Below are positions 22,260 to 30,304 of a DNA stretch of 64,000 nt, piece by piece. The position numbers and the translations under genes were made by a program. The stretch comes from Candidatus Poribacteria bacterium (lineage in GTDB: Bacteria; Poribacteria; WGA-4E; WGA-3G): contig CBDBFU010000027.1 of assembly GCA_965205025.1 (NCBI GenBank), positions 1 to 64,000 on the forward strand, written 5' to 3'. Under the pieces are notes generated by a model that saw only the letters and a list, made by a program, of their open reading frames with translations, did not search any database and was not told where the DNA came from. How positions within the stretch are numbered: position 1 is the stretch's first letter; every line of letters begins with the position of its first letter.

Positions 22260-24014
22260 ATGAATATGTTCCGTTTTACCGTAATTTTTTTTATCACAAT
22301 GACATTTACTGCCGCTGGACAACCTATTTCGTTTGGCACACCACCTTGGCAGCCTACAGGCAGATATACACACACCGCAATCCGTGAAAGTTCCGGAATT
22401 GTAGCCAGTAGACAGTTTGAAGGCGTTTATTGGACGTTGAATGATTCTGGGAATCCCGGCGTGCTTTATGCTACAAAGCGAAATGGTGAGTTAATTAGAG
22501 AGATTAAAGTCAATGGTCTACGGAATTTCGATTGGGAGGCACTCGGTATTGATGAGAAAGGACAAATTTGGATAGGAGACATCGGCAACAATAGTAGAAT
22601 GCGGTTTGATCTGAGTGTTTCTGTGCTGAAAGAGCCAAATCCGTATACTGAATCAGAAGCGGATGTTATTGTAAAGTATCCATATAAGTATCCTGATAAA
22701 AACGTTGATGCTGAAGGACTTTTTATCGCAGATGGCATACCCTACATTGTATCTAAAGAACAACAAAACGCAGTACTTTATCGTTTTCCCGAATTGAATG
22801 CGGATACGAAGCAGGTCTTAGAACGAATCGGTGAGTTGGCAGAAGCAAAGTTAGTTACAGGTGCAGGTATTTCTGAGGATGGAAAACGATTGGTGGTATG
22901 CACATACAGTTCTCTTTGGGTATACCAAAATACCACTGGCAACTTAACGGAAATGATTCAAGCTCAACCATGGGTATTACAACACAATTTTGAAGGAGAA
23001 GCAATTTGTTTTGAAGGTTATAATCTTTACTTAACAAATGAAGCACGCGATATTTATGCCCTTCCACAATTTTGGTATGAAAAGGAGTGGAAATTACCAC
23101 CTAAAGATACACAATCCGCGTTATCTTTGTTATTAGGACAAGAATCGGCGGGGTATCAATTAGAAAGCTATCAAGATGCGGGGGTAGAAATTGATGGTGG
23201 ACACGTTGCTTTGAATGTGAATGATACAGGAGCAGTGGTTCATCAAACAATTTCAGTTCCCTATAAGAATCTCTATAAAATCAGTGCTATCTTAACACGG
23301 GGTCCAGAATATGGCTCTGCTGGTCTAACCGTAAATGGTACAAAAATTGGAGAACCGTATGATTGTTATCATCCAGAACTCGTGGCAGGTACATTGGTGA
23401 CATTCGGCACGATACCGATGAATAAAGGTGATAATCAGGTTGTATTGCGGAGTGTTGGTAAATCGGTTGAGTCAACTGGATACAAGGTTGGGGTGGATTC
23501 GTATCAGGTCCTACATGCTTCGCCATTTGTGCCGCGTTACATGGTTTTGGGCCCGTTTCCTAAAGTAGACGCAGACAAGGATAAAACGTCATTTTCTCCT
23601 GATGAACCGATCAACCTTACTGAAAGTTATGTGGGAAAAGATGGTAAAACGATCCGATGGCATGAGGTAGAGACGAAGACCAACGGTATGCTTGATTTAC
23701 GAGCCAATATTGGGATGGATATAGGGGTAGTGGGGTATGCTTTTACCTATGTCTATGCACCAAAAGATATGGATACTGTGCTTCTGTTGGGTAGTGATGA
23801 GACAGTTAATGTATGGTTGAATGGTACAAAGATACACCAGAAGAATGTGTATCGTCGGATAACACGGGATGCGGATACTATTCCATGTCAATTGAAATCT
23901 GGATGGAATGAGGTCTTATGTAGTGTTGAGCAAAATAGTTGGACATGGGGATTATATCTTCGTTTTACTGATGGGGATGGTGTGTTGAAATATAGGATTC
24001 AGCCAGAAGAGTAA
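22260..24014 (+). CDS. Secreted protein: beta-propeller plus carbohydrate-binding-like beta-sandwich domains
   Basis: Signal peptide; ESSGI..WTLNDSG, DWEAL, IGDIGNN, DAEGL; C-terminal VLGPF..LLGSDE..VWLNG..LKSGWN. Confidence 0.7.
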   Translation: MNMFRFTVIFFITMTFTAAGQPISFGTPPWQPTGRYTHTAIRESSGIVASRQFEGVYWTLNDSGNPGVLYATKRNGELIREIKVNGLRNFDWEALGIDEKGQIWIGDIGNNSRMRFDLSVSVLKEPNPYTESEADVIVKYPYKYPDKNVDAEGLFIADGIPYIVSKEQQNAVLYRFPELNADTKQVLERIGELAEAKLVTGAGISEDGKRLVVCTYSSLWVYQNTTGNLTEMIQAQPWVLQHNFEGEAICFEGYNLYLTNEARDIYALPQFWYEKEWKLPPKDTQSALSLLLGQESAGYQLESYQDAGVEIDGGHVALNVNDTGAVVHQTISVPYKNLYKISAILTRGPEYGSAGLTVNGTKIGEPYDCYHPELVAGTLVTFGTIPMNKGDNQVVLRSVGKSVESTGYKVGVDSYQVLHASPFVPRYMVLGPFPKVDADKDKTSFSPDEPINLTESYVGKDGKTIRWHEVETKTNGMLDLRANIGMDIGVVGYAFTYVYAPKDMDTVLLLGSDETVNVWLNGTKIHQKNVYRRITRDADTIPCQLKSGWNEVLCSVEQNSWTWGLYLRFTDGDGVLKYRIQPEE

Positions 24015-24023
24015 GAGGAAGAT

Positions 24024-24280
24024 CGGGAATTTGAATCTCCTCCTACAGAAAAGGATATGAAGAGTGGAAATGTGGAAGGAGTAAGATCACAAACTAAAAG
24101 TTTGTGGTACAAAGAGGTGTTTTTTTTTGAATTACCAATTCGGTTCGGTTAGAAACCGAACCTACCATGGGGTGGGAAAGATCGGGGATCGGAATCCCCT
24201 CCTACAGAAGAGAAGAGGGAAGGATGGAAGGGTTGTGTGTCGGAATTTGAGGATTGTCTGAACCGCGGATTTCGCGGATA
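24024..24280. repeat. Mosaic of dispersed intergenic repeats (CCCTCCTACAGAAG REP, CACAAACTAAAAGTTTGTG palindrome, GGTTCGGTT..AACCGAACCTACC REP)
   Basis: The same motifs recur at ~28840-28950, 33310-33366, 36090-36140, 37590-37660, 39120-39195, 40020-40050, 46500-46740 and 56300-56540. Confidence 0.8.
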
Positions 24281-24388
24281 ATTCCATTTACGAGGAGCAA
24301 AGTTAAAGAAAATCGATTGACGAATCATATTAAAACATGTAATACTTTATTCTGAGTTTTATTTAGAAAGTTCCCAATTGGTGAATCA

Positions 24389-24670
24389 TTGGTATTTAAG
24401 TGGGATATCAGAAAAGCAAAAGAAAACCTTAAGAAACATAAAATATCATTTGAGGAAGCAAGTACTGTTTACTCAGATTTTCTCTCATTGACTATTCCAG
24501 ATCCGATACACACGTATGAAGAAGAAAGATTGATTACGATCGGATATTCTGAAAAACAGAGACTTTTAGTTGTCGTTCATACAGACAAACATAACGAAAT
24601 CCGTATTATTTCTGCACGAAAAGCAACATCTTATGAAAGAAAAACCTATGAATCATTCAACATTGAATGA
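24389..24670 (+). CDS. brnT: BrnT family toxin
   Basis: FKWDIRKAKENLKKHKISFEEA...EER..IG..LLVVVHT...IRIISARKAT. Confidence 0.9.
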   Translation: MVFKWDIRKAKENLKKHKISFEEASTVYSDFLSLTIPDPIHTYEEERLITIGYSEKQRLLVVVHTDKHNEIRIISARKATSYERKTYESFNIE

Positions 24671-24869
24671 ACCTGATTCAGATATGCTTGAAGAGTATGA
24701 TTTCAGCACAGGAATTCGAGGCAAATATGCTGAGAAATATTATGCAGATAAAAGCTTGATTCGACTCGACGAGGATGTAGCACAAATATTTCCTGATGCG
24801 AAATCCGTGAATGATGCTTTACGCGCATTAGCGAAGATTATCTCTGAGTATGAGAAAAAAGTATCATAG
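24648..24869 (+). CDS. BrnA-type antitoxin
   Basis: EEYDFSTGIRGKYA..IRLDEDVAQIFP..SVNDALR; overlaps brnT. Confidence 0.8.
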   Translation: MNHSTLNEPDSDMLEEYDFSTGIRGKYAEKYYADKSLIRLDEDVAQIFPDAKSVNDALRALAKIISEYEKKVS

Positions 24870-24882
24870 TCTATATCAGTTT

Positions 24883-27800
24883 CTATATCTGTTCAACGCT
24901 AAGGGTTGCGGGTTCACCGTTGAGTTTTTGGTCAAGGCTGAAGGCACTTTCCCCTGGAGATTCGGTTATCTCGGTCGTTAGAGTTTCGGAGAGGATATAT
25001 TCCTGATGCGTTTCAAATGCTTCGGTGACAATATCGGATTCGGTATTCAAACTCAGTATAATCCTATCAGATACGTTAAAGTCTGCTTCCTTCCGCATAT
25101 TCTGGATTTTGTTTACAAGTTCCCGTGCCATCCCTTCAAGCACTAATTCATGTGTGAGTTCTGTTGACAAAGCGACAAATTTTCTTGCATCTACTTCTAC
25201 AAAGAAGCCTTCCCGATTTTGTGTCTGCACATCAATATCCGATTCCTCAAGGGTATAGGTCTCGCCTGATGCTTCTACCTGTAAACTTCCGTTTGCTTCC
25301 AATTCCGCTTTTATCTGCATTGTATCTGCGGTAGCAAGTGTTTTTGCAATTGCTTGTACACCCTTGCCGTATTTTGGTCCTAATACCTTGAAGTTAGGCT
25401 TGAGTGTAACCTGAGCGAATGCGTCCAAATCCTCTGTAAAGACAATTTCCTTCACGTTCAGTTCGTCGTGTACAAACGCATTTAAACGATTGACGGTTTC
25501 TTGCTCTGCATCAGATAAGCCACCGATGGTTATATTAGCAAGAGGTTGACGGGTTTTAATGTTGGATCGGTTCCGAGCTGCATGTCCCATACTGATAACA
25601 TCGCGGGTGAAAGTCATATCATTTTCTAATACGGTGTCTATCAATGAATCATCAGATACAGGATATTCTGCGAGGTGAACACTGAGTGGTGCATCCGAAT
25701 CGAGTGAACAGACTAAGTTCCGATAAAGTTCATCCGCTAAGAATGGGATAAACGGTGCAGAGAGTTTGGCTACTGTAACGAGGACTTCATAGAGTGTAGC
25801 GTATGCTGCCTGTTTATCTTGTCCTGCTTCCGCACCCCAGAAACGGTCACGTGAACGACGTACATACCAGTTGCTTAGGTCGTCCACAAATGCCTCAATA
25901 GCGCGCGGGGCATTTGTAAGGTGGTAATTCTCCATATCATCGCGCACCTTATCAATTAGGGTATGTAGACGTGATAAAATCCATCTATCAATGGTAGCGC
26001 GTTCGGTAACTGGTGGCGCATCATCTAAGACATTGACCTGTTCCAAATTGGCATACATAACAAAGAAGCTATAGACGTTTTGTAGCGTACCCATGAATTT
26101 CTTGAGTGCTTCGTCAATACCTTCGAGTTGGAAAGTACGTTGTGCCCAAGGGGGTGATGCTGTGAACATATACCATCGCATAGCATCTGCACCTTGGCTA
26201 TCCAAAATTGTCCAAGGGTCTACAGTGTTTCCACGACTTTTACTCATTTTTGAACCATCAGATGCGAGAATCAACTCAAGACAGAGGCAATTCTTATAGG
26301 CTGGTTTGTCATAGAGGAGTGTGCCTGTTGCGAGAAGACTATAGAACCAACCGCGGGTTTGATCAATTGCTTCAGAGATGAAATCAGGTGGATATGCCTG
26401 TTCAAACAGTTCTTTGTTTTCAAAGGGGTAGTGCCATTGTGCTGTGTGTGCACATCCAGAATCAAACCAGCAATCAATAACATCCTGCACACGATGCATC
26501 TTACCGTTACATTGATTACAATTAAGAACAATATCATCTACATAGGGTCGGTGTAGTTCAATATCGTCTGGTACATCGTTTCCAAGTTCTTTTAGTTCCT
26601 CAATACTTCCGACACAGTGTTGGTGTCCGCAATCCTCACATATCCATACGGGTAGTGGTGTGCCCCAATACCGTTCGCGGCTTAGCCCCCAGTCAATGTT
26701 GTTTTCAAGCCAGTTTCCAAAGCGTCCATTTTTAATGTGTTCAGGATACCAGTTAATCTGCTGATTGTGTTGTTGCATCTGATCTCTGATAGCGGTGGTT
26801 CGGATAAACCAAGAGACACGTGCATAGTAGAGAAGAGGATTATCGCATCGCCAGCAGAAGGGGTATTGGTGTGTATATTCGGATGCTTTGAATAATAACC
26901 CGCGTTCGTCTAAGTTTTCAATAATTTTTGGGTCAGCATCTTTCACATAATCACCTGACCAGATGTCTTTAACTTCTGGAGCGAATTTACCATCCGCACC
27001 TACCAATTGTACCAATGGGAGATTGTGTTTCTGACCGATGTCATAGTCGTCCTGTCCAAAGGCAGGGGCAATGTGTACCAAGCCGCTTCCCTCTGTAGTT
27101 GTAACGAAATCCCCGGGAACCACATAATAGGCATTCTCCGCAATTTCTCCAGCATCAAAAAGGGGTTCATATTCCCAATCACATAGATCGTTTCCTTTAT
27201 AGTTGTCAATGATATTTGGGGTTTCATCCTCAAACAAACTCTCTAAACATTCTTTGGCAAGGATAAGGTGTTGTCCGTTTTGTTCTACAGCGACATAATC
27301 GTAATCTTCTCCGACAGCCACAGCGACGTTGGAAGGTAATGTCCAAGGGGTTGTCGTCCAGACAAGAAGATAGGTGTTCTCTTTATTTTTGACAGGGAAA
27401 CGGACGAAGATAGATGGATCTGCAACTTCTTGATAACCGAGAGCAACTTCGTGGCTTGCCAAGGTTGTACCGCACCGGTAGCAGTAGGGTTGCACCTTAT
27501 GTCCTTGATATAATAACCCTTTATCCCATGCTTGCCGTAATACCCACCAGACACTCTCTATATAATCGTTTGATAATGTAATATATGCATCATCTAAGTT
27601 AACCCAATAGCCGATGCGTTCTGTCATGGCATCCCAATCTTCTTTATATTGGAATACGTTCTCTTTGCACTTTTCAATAAAATTCTGAACACCGTAAGCT
27701 TCGAGTTCTTCTTTGTTTTTAATATTGAGTTGTTTCTCGACTTGGTATTCGACGGGGAGTCCGTGTGTATCCCAACCTGCTTTTCTGTGGACGTAGTGTC

Positions 27801-28026
27801 CGGTCATTGTCTTGTATCTGCAGACGGCATCTTTCATGATGCGTGCGAGCACGTGATGTACCCCGGGCGGTGCATTTGCAAATGGCGGTCCCTCCAAAAA
27901 GACAAAGGGTGGTGCGTGTTTATGCATGTCCATACTTTTTTGGAAGATATTTTTTTCACGCCAAAATTCAAGGATCTGTTTCTCCTTTTCAGCAAATGTG
28001 AATTCGGATGATACCTGATTAAACAT
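24883..28026 (-). CDS. ileS: Isoleucine--tRNA ligase (type 2, archaeal/eukaryote-like)
   Basis: EGPPFAN, GWDTHGLP, WTTTPWTLPSN, SRERYWGTPLP, DQTRGWF, KMSKS, C-terminal ARELVNKIQNMRK; GAGG RBS before ATG 28026. Confidence 0.96.
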   Translation of the reverse strand: MFNQVSSEFTFAEKEKQILEFWREKNIFQKSMDMHKHAPPFVFLEGPPFANAPPGVHHVLARIMKDAVCRYKTMTGHYVHRKAGWDTHGLPVEYQVEKQLNIKNKEELEAYGVQNFIEKCKENVFQYKEDWDAMTERIGYWVNLDDAYITLSNDYIESVWWVLRQAWDKGLLYQGHKVQPYCYRCGTTLASHEVALGYQEVADPSIFVRFPVKNKENTYLLVWTTTPWTLPSNVAVAVGEDYDYVAVEQNGQHLILAKECLESLFEDETPNIIDNYKGNDLCDWEYEPLFDAGEIAENAYYVVPGDFVTTTEGSGLVHIAPAFGQDDYDIGQKHNLPLVQLVGADGKFAPEVKDIWSGDYVKDADPKIIENLDERGLLFKASEYTHQYPFCWRCDNPLLYYARVSWFIRTTAIRDQMQQHNQQINWYPEHIKNGRFGNWLENNIDWGLSRERYWGTPLPVWICEDCGHQHCVGSIEELKELGNDVPDDIELHRPYVDDIVLNCNQCNGKMHRVQDVIDCWFDSGCAHTAQWHYPFENKELFEQAYPPDFISEAIDQTRGWFYSLLATGTLLYDKPAYKNCLCLELILASDGSKMSKSRGNTVDPWTILDSQGADAMRWYMFTASPPWAQRTFQLEGIDEALKKFMGTLQNVYSFFVMYANLEQVNVLDDAPPVTERATIDRWILSRLHTLIDKVRDDMENYHLTNAPRAIEAFVDDLSNWYVRRSRDRFWGAEAGQDKQAAYATLYEVLVTVAKLSAPFIPFLADELYRNLVCSLDSDAPLSVHLAEYPVSDDSLIDTVLENDMTFTRDVISMGHAARNRSNIKTRQPLANITIGGLSDAEQETVNRLNAFVHDELNVKEIVFTEDLDAFAQVTLKPNFKVLGPKYGKGVQAIAKTLATADTMQIKAELEANGSLQVEASGETYTLEESDIDVQTQNREGFFVEVDARKFVALSTELTHELVLEGMARELVNKIQNMRKEADFNVSDRIILSLNTESDIVTEAFETHQEYILSETLTTEITESPGESAFSLDQKLNGEPATLSVEQI

Positions 28027-28046
28027 GTGAAATTTCCTCGTGTGTT

Positions 28047-28102
28047 TAAAAAACAAAACGCCCCACTGACAACTGACATGGTGTGCTTCAGTGATGGGCG
28101 TT
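28047..28102 (-). terminator. Attenuator terminator in the ileS leader
   Basis: Minus strand AACGCCCATCACTGA...TCAGTGGGGCGTT followed by TTGTTTTTT. Confidence 0.8.
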
Positions 28103-28127
28103 CAAGAATACTATTTATGTGCTTACG

Positions 28128-28238
28128 TTAGCCCACCACAGCATGACGAATAGCAATAATAATTCGTATGGCGTGAAGAGCTGGTTGGTGCTGGTTTGTG
28201 TATTGTGTTGTGTGTGTGGTAAGCAAAAGATAAATCAT
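28128..28238 (-). CDS. Ile-rich leader peptide for ileS attenuation (36 aa)
   Basis: MIYLLLTTHTTQYTNQHQPALHAIRIIIAIRHAVVG-stop; 5 Ile in 7 consecutive codons, directly upstream of antiterminator/terminator. Confidence 0.8.
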   Translation of the reverse strand: MIYLLLTTHTTQYTNQHQPALHAIRIIIAIRHAVVG

Positions 28239-28346
28239 CCGTTGATACTGTTTTGTAGATACTCTATTGTATATGTTTGTGTATCTTATAATACAACATG
28301 CAGTGGCATGATGTCAAATCAATTTAGATATTAGGAAAACATGTCT

Positions 28347-28544
28347 TTACGTTTGTAAGTTATCATCTACATTACAAGTAGGATTTTGTTGCTTTTTGTT
28401 GTTAAGGCGTAGAAACTTTATACCTTGTTTTTTTAGTACTTCCTGTCTGTGTCTCACATCAACGCAGTATTTATGAATATTGTTATCATAACGCGCGTTG
28501 ACCCTTCGTTTTGCTTCTCTGACTTCTTCGAGAATATCATTCAT
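28347..28544 (-). CDS. Small protein typical of partners encoded downstream of PIN-domain toxins
   Basis: MNDILEEVREAKRR..; ATGA overlap with the upstream PIN remnant. Confidence 0.6.
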   Translation of the reverse strand: MNDILEEVREAKRRVNARYDNNIHKYCVDVRHRQEVLKKQGIKFLRLNNKKQQNPTCNVDDNLQT

Positions 28545-28717
28545 AGTTCAATCTCCAACAGTTGTGATGGGGTTAGGATCTTGACAGGGAAATATCCCAT
28601 TGCTTTACAAATCCTATCGAACAGATGAGTTGCCTCTTGCATTTCAATGATTTCAGTTTCTGTTCTATGATCACGAATTAAAAAACTCGGGATTGATGTA
28701 TCTAAATAAACAAACAC
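28541..28717 (-). pseudogene. Internally deleted PIN/VapC-like toxin gene (58 aa)
   Basis: VYLDTSIPSFL N-terminus joined in frame to ICKAMGYFPVKILTPSQLLE C-terminus; the middle of the domain is missing. Confidence 0.6.
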
Positions 28718-29098
28718 TACATCTTACTTGTTCAGAGTGGGAGTTCTGTTGAATAACAATAATTAATCAACTTATTTCTTAATCAATTCTACCATTAATT
28801 TATGAGTTCATCAATATATTTTGCCCGTTATGTGTGTCCACAAACTAACATTTTGTGGTACAAAGAGATGTTTTTTTCAGAATCGCGGATTATGCGGAGG
28901 AGCGGGAAGGATGGAAGCGTCGGGAATCGGAGTTCCCTCCTACAGAAGAGGAGAAGAGATGAATGTATGTAACACATGTGTAAAGGGTAGCGTAATTTCT
29001 ATTGAAATATTGATGGTACAGATACGATAAATATACGATGGATTAGAAAGCTGGAGGAGAAACCACCAGTTTTTTTATTGCAGATACCATAAGGAATT

Positions 29099-30118
29099 TT
29101 GATGGAATATATAAAAGAAGAGGGTCTGAATGCAATTGCTAAGAAAGCCTTGACTACTTCTGTAGTCCGTTTGGATGTAGAAAAACCTATTACCTATCCT
29201 GACTATGTCACTGCTTTTGATGTAGAAAAAACTTGTCTATATACCCATATAAAACCTCCTGAAAATAGAATTAAACATCGGTTTCCTCTCTTTGAGATGA
29301 GTGGTGGAAGTGGGTTTTTCATAACAGAACGTTTGATTGTTACCAACTTTCATGTAGTGATAGGTGCTTATTCTATATTGGCGAAACTTGCTGGATCAGA
29401 TTGCGAATTTCAGATAGAAGGTGTTGAGGCATTTGATATCAAAAACGACTTAGTTCTTTTGAGGGTTGCCTATCAAGGGACACCTCTTAGCCTTGGGGAT
29501 AGCGATACTGTTCAGGAAGAGGATGTTATTTGTGCTGTAGGTTACCCTGATGGGGTTGGTAAAATCACTCATGGTACTGTTAATGGTAGACAATGTTGTT
29601 GTGATCAAATTCAGATGAAGATAGATACTACTGGTGGGAGTAGTGGGTGTCCTGTTATGAATAGCGATGGTGAAGTTATAGGTGTTGATGTTTCTGGTGA
29701 TGATCATTATAGTTATGCTATTCCTGTTAACCTAATACGACGACTTATTGGATCGAAATGGACAACCTTTTCTTTGAAATCATGGCATAAGCATCCACAT
29801 ATACGTGCTTTTATTGAGACAAAGGAAGGTGATATGAAAAAGCAAATTGGGTTGTATGAAGATGCTGTCATACATTATAATGCTGCTATTGATCTTAATC
29901 CTGTTTTTACTAAGGCATATATGGGGAGGGCAGAAGCGAAATTTGGAGTTAGGGCGTATGACGAAGGTTTCGCGGACATGCTGACTGTTTTGCGGTTGAA
30001 TCCTGTGCCTTTTCGTTTTTCGAGTCTTGGAGCGTTTGTTTCTTGGAAAAGGAATATTTTTCAGATTAGTGTCGTCCATATTTTGATGGGTTTATATAGG
30101 AGGGTGTTTGTTGGTTAA
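29099..30118 (+). CDS. Trypsin-like serine protease with TPR, possibly C-terminally truncated
   Basis: GSGFF..VTNFHVV, NDLVLL, GGSSGCPV, AAIDLNP TPR. Confidence 0.8.
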   Translation: MMEYIKEEGLNAIAKKALTTSVVRLDVEKPITYPDYVTAFDVEKTCLYTHIKPPENRIKHRFPLFEMSGGSGFFITERLIVTNFHVVIGAYSILAKLAGSDCEFQIEGVEAFDIKNDLVLLRVAYQGTPLSLGDSDTVQEEDVICAVGYPDGVGKITHGTVNGRQCCCDQIQMKIDTTGGSSGCPVMNSDGEVIGVDVSGDDHYSYAIPVNLIRRLIGSKWTTFSLKSWHKHPHIRAFIETKEGDMKKQIGLYEDAVIHYNAAIDLNPVFTKAYMGRAEAKFGVRAYDEGFADMLTVLRLNPVPFRFSSLGAFVSWKRNIFQISVVHILMGLYRRVFVG

Positions 30119-30210
30119 TGGCTTTCAGTTGTTGGCTGTCAGTCAGAAGAGGAAGAGAATTTGGTTAATGGCTTTCAGTTGTTGGCTGTCAGTCAGAAGA
30201 GGAAGAGAAT
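30111..30210 (+). repeat. Exact 50-bp tandem duplication
   Basis: TTGGTTAATGGCTTTCAGTTGTTGGCTGTCAGTCAGAAGAGGAAGAGAAT x2. Confidence 0.95.
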
Positions 30211-30304
30211 AGGGAAGGATGGAACTGTAGTAGGTTGGAAGTGTGGAAGAATAGAAGGATGGACAGAAGAGTAGATGGAAGGGTGGACAGAAGAGGTGTA
30301 ACTG

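Noticed and set aside
28030-28300. T-box riboswitch upstream of ileS
   Set aside because: No AAnnnGGGTGGTACCGCG T-box consensus found; the leader-peptide attenuator explains the structure.
28119-28334. Plus-strand 71-aa Cys-rich ORF
   Set aside because: It is the antisense shadow of the ileS leader peptide and promoter region.
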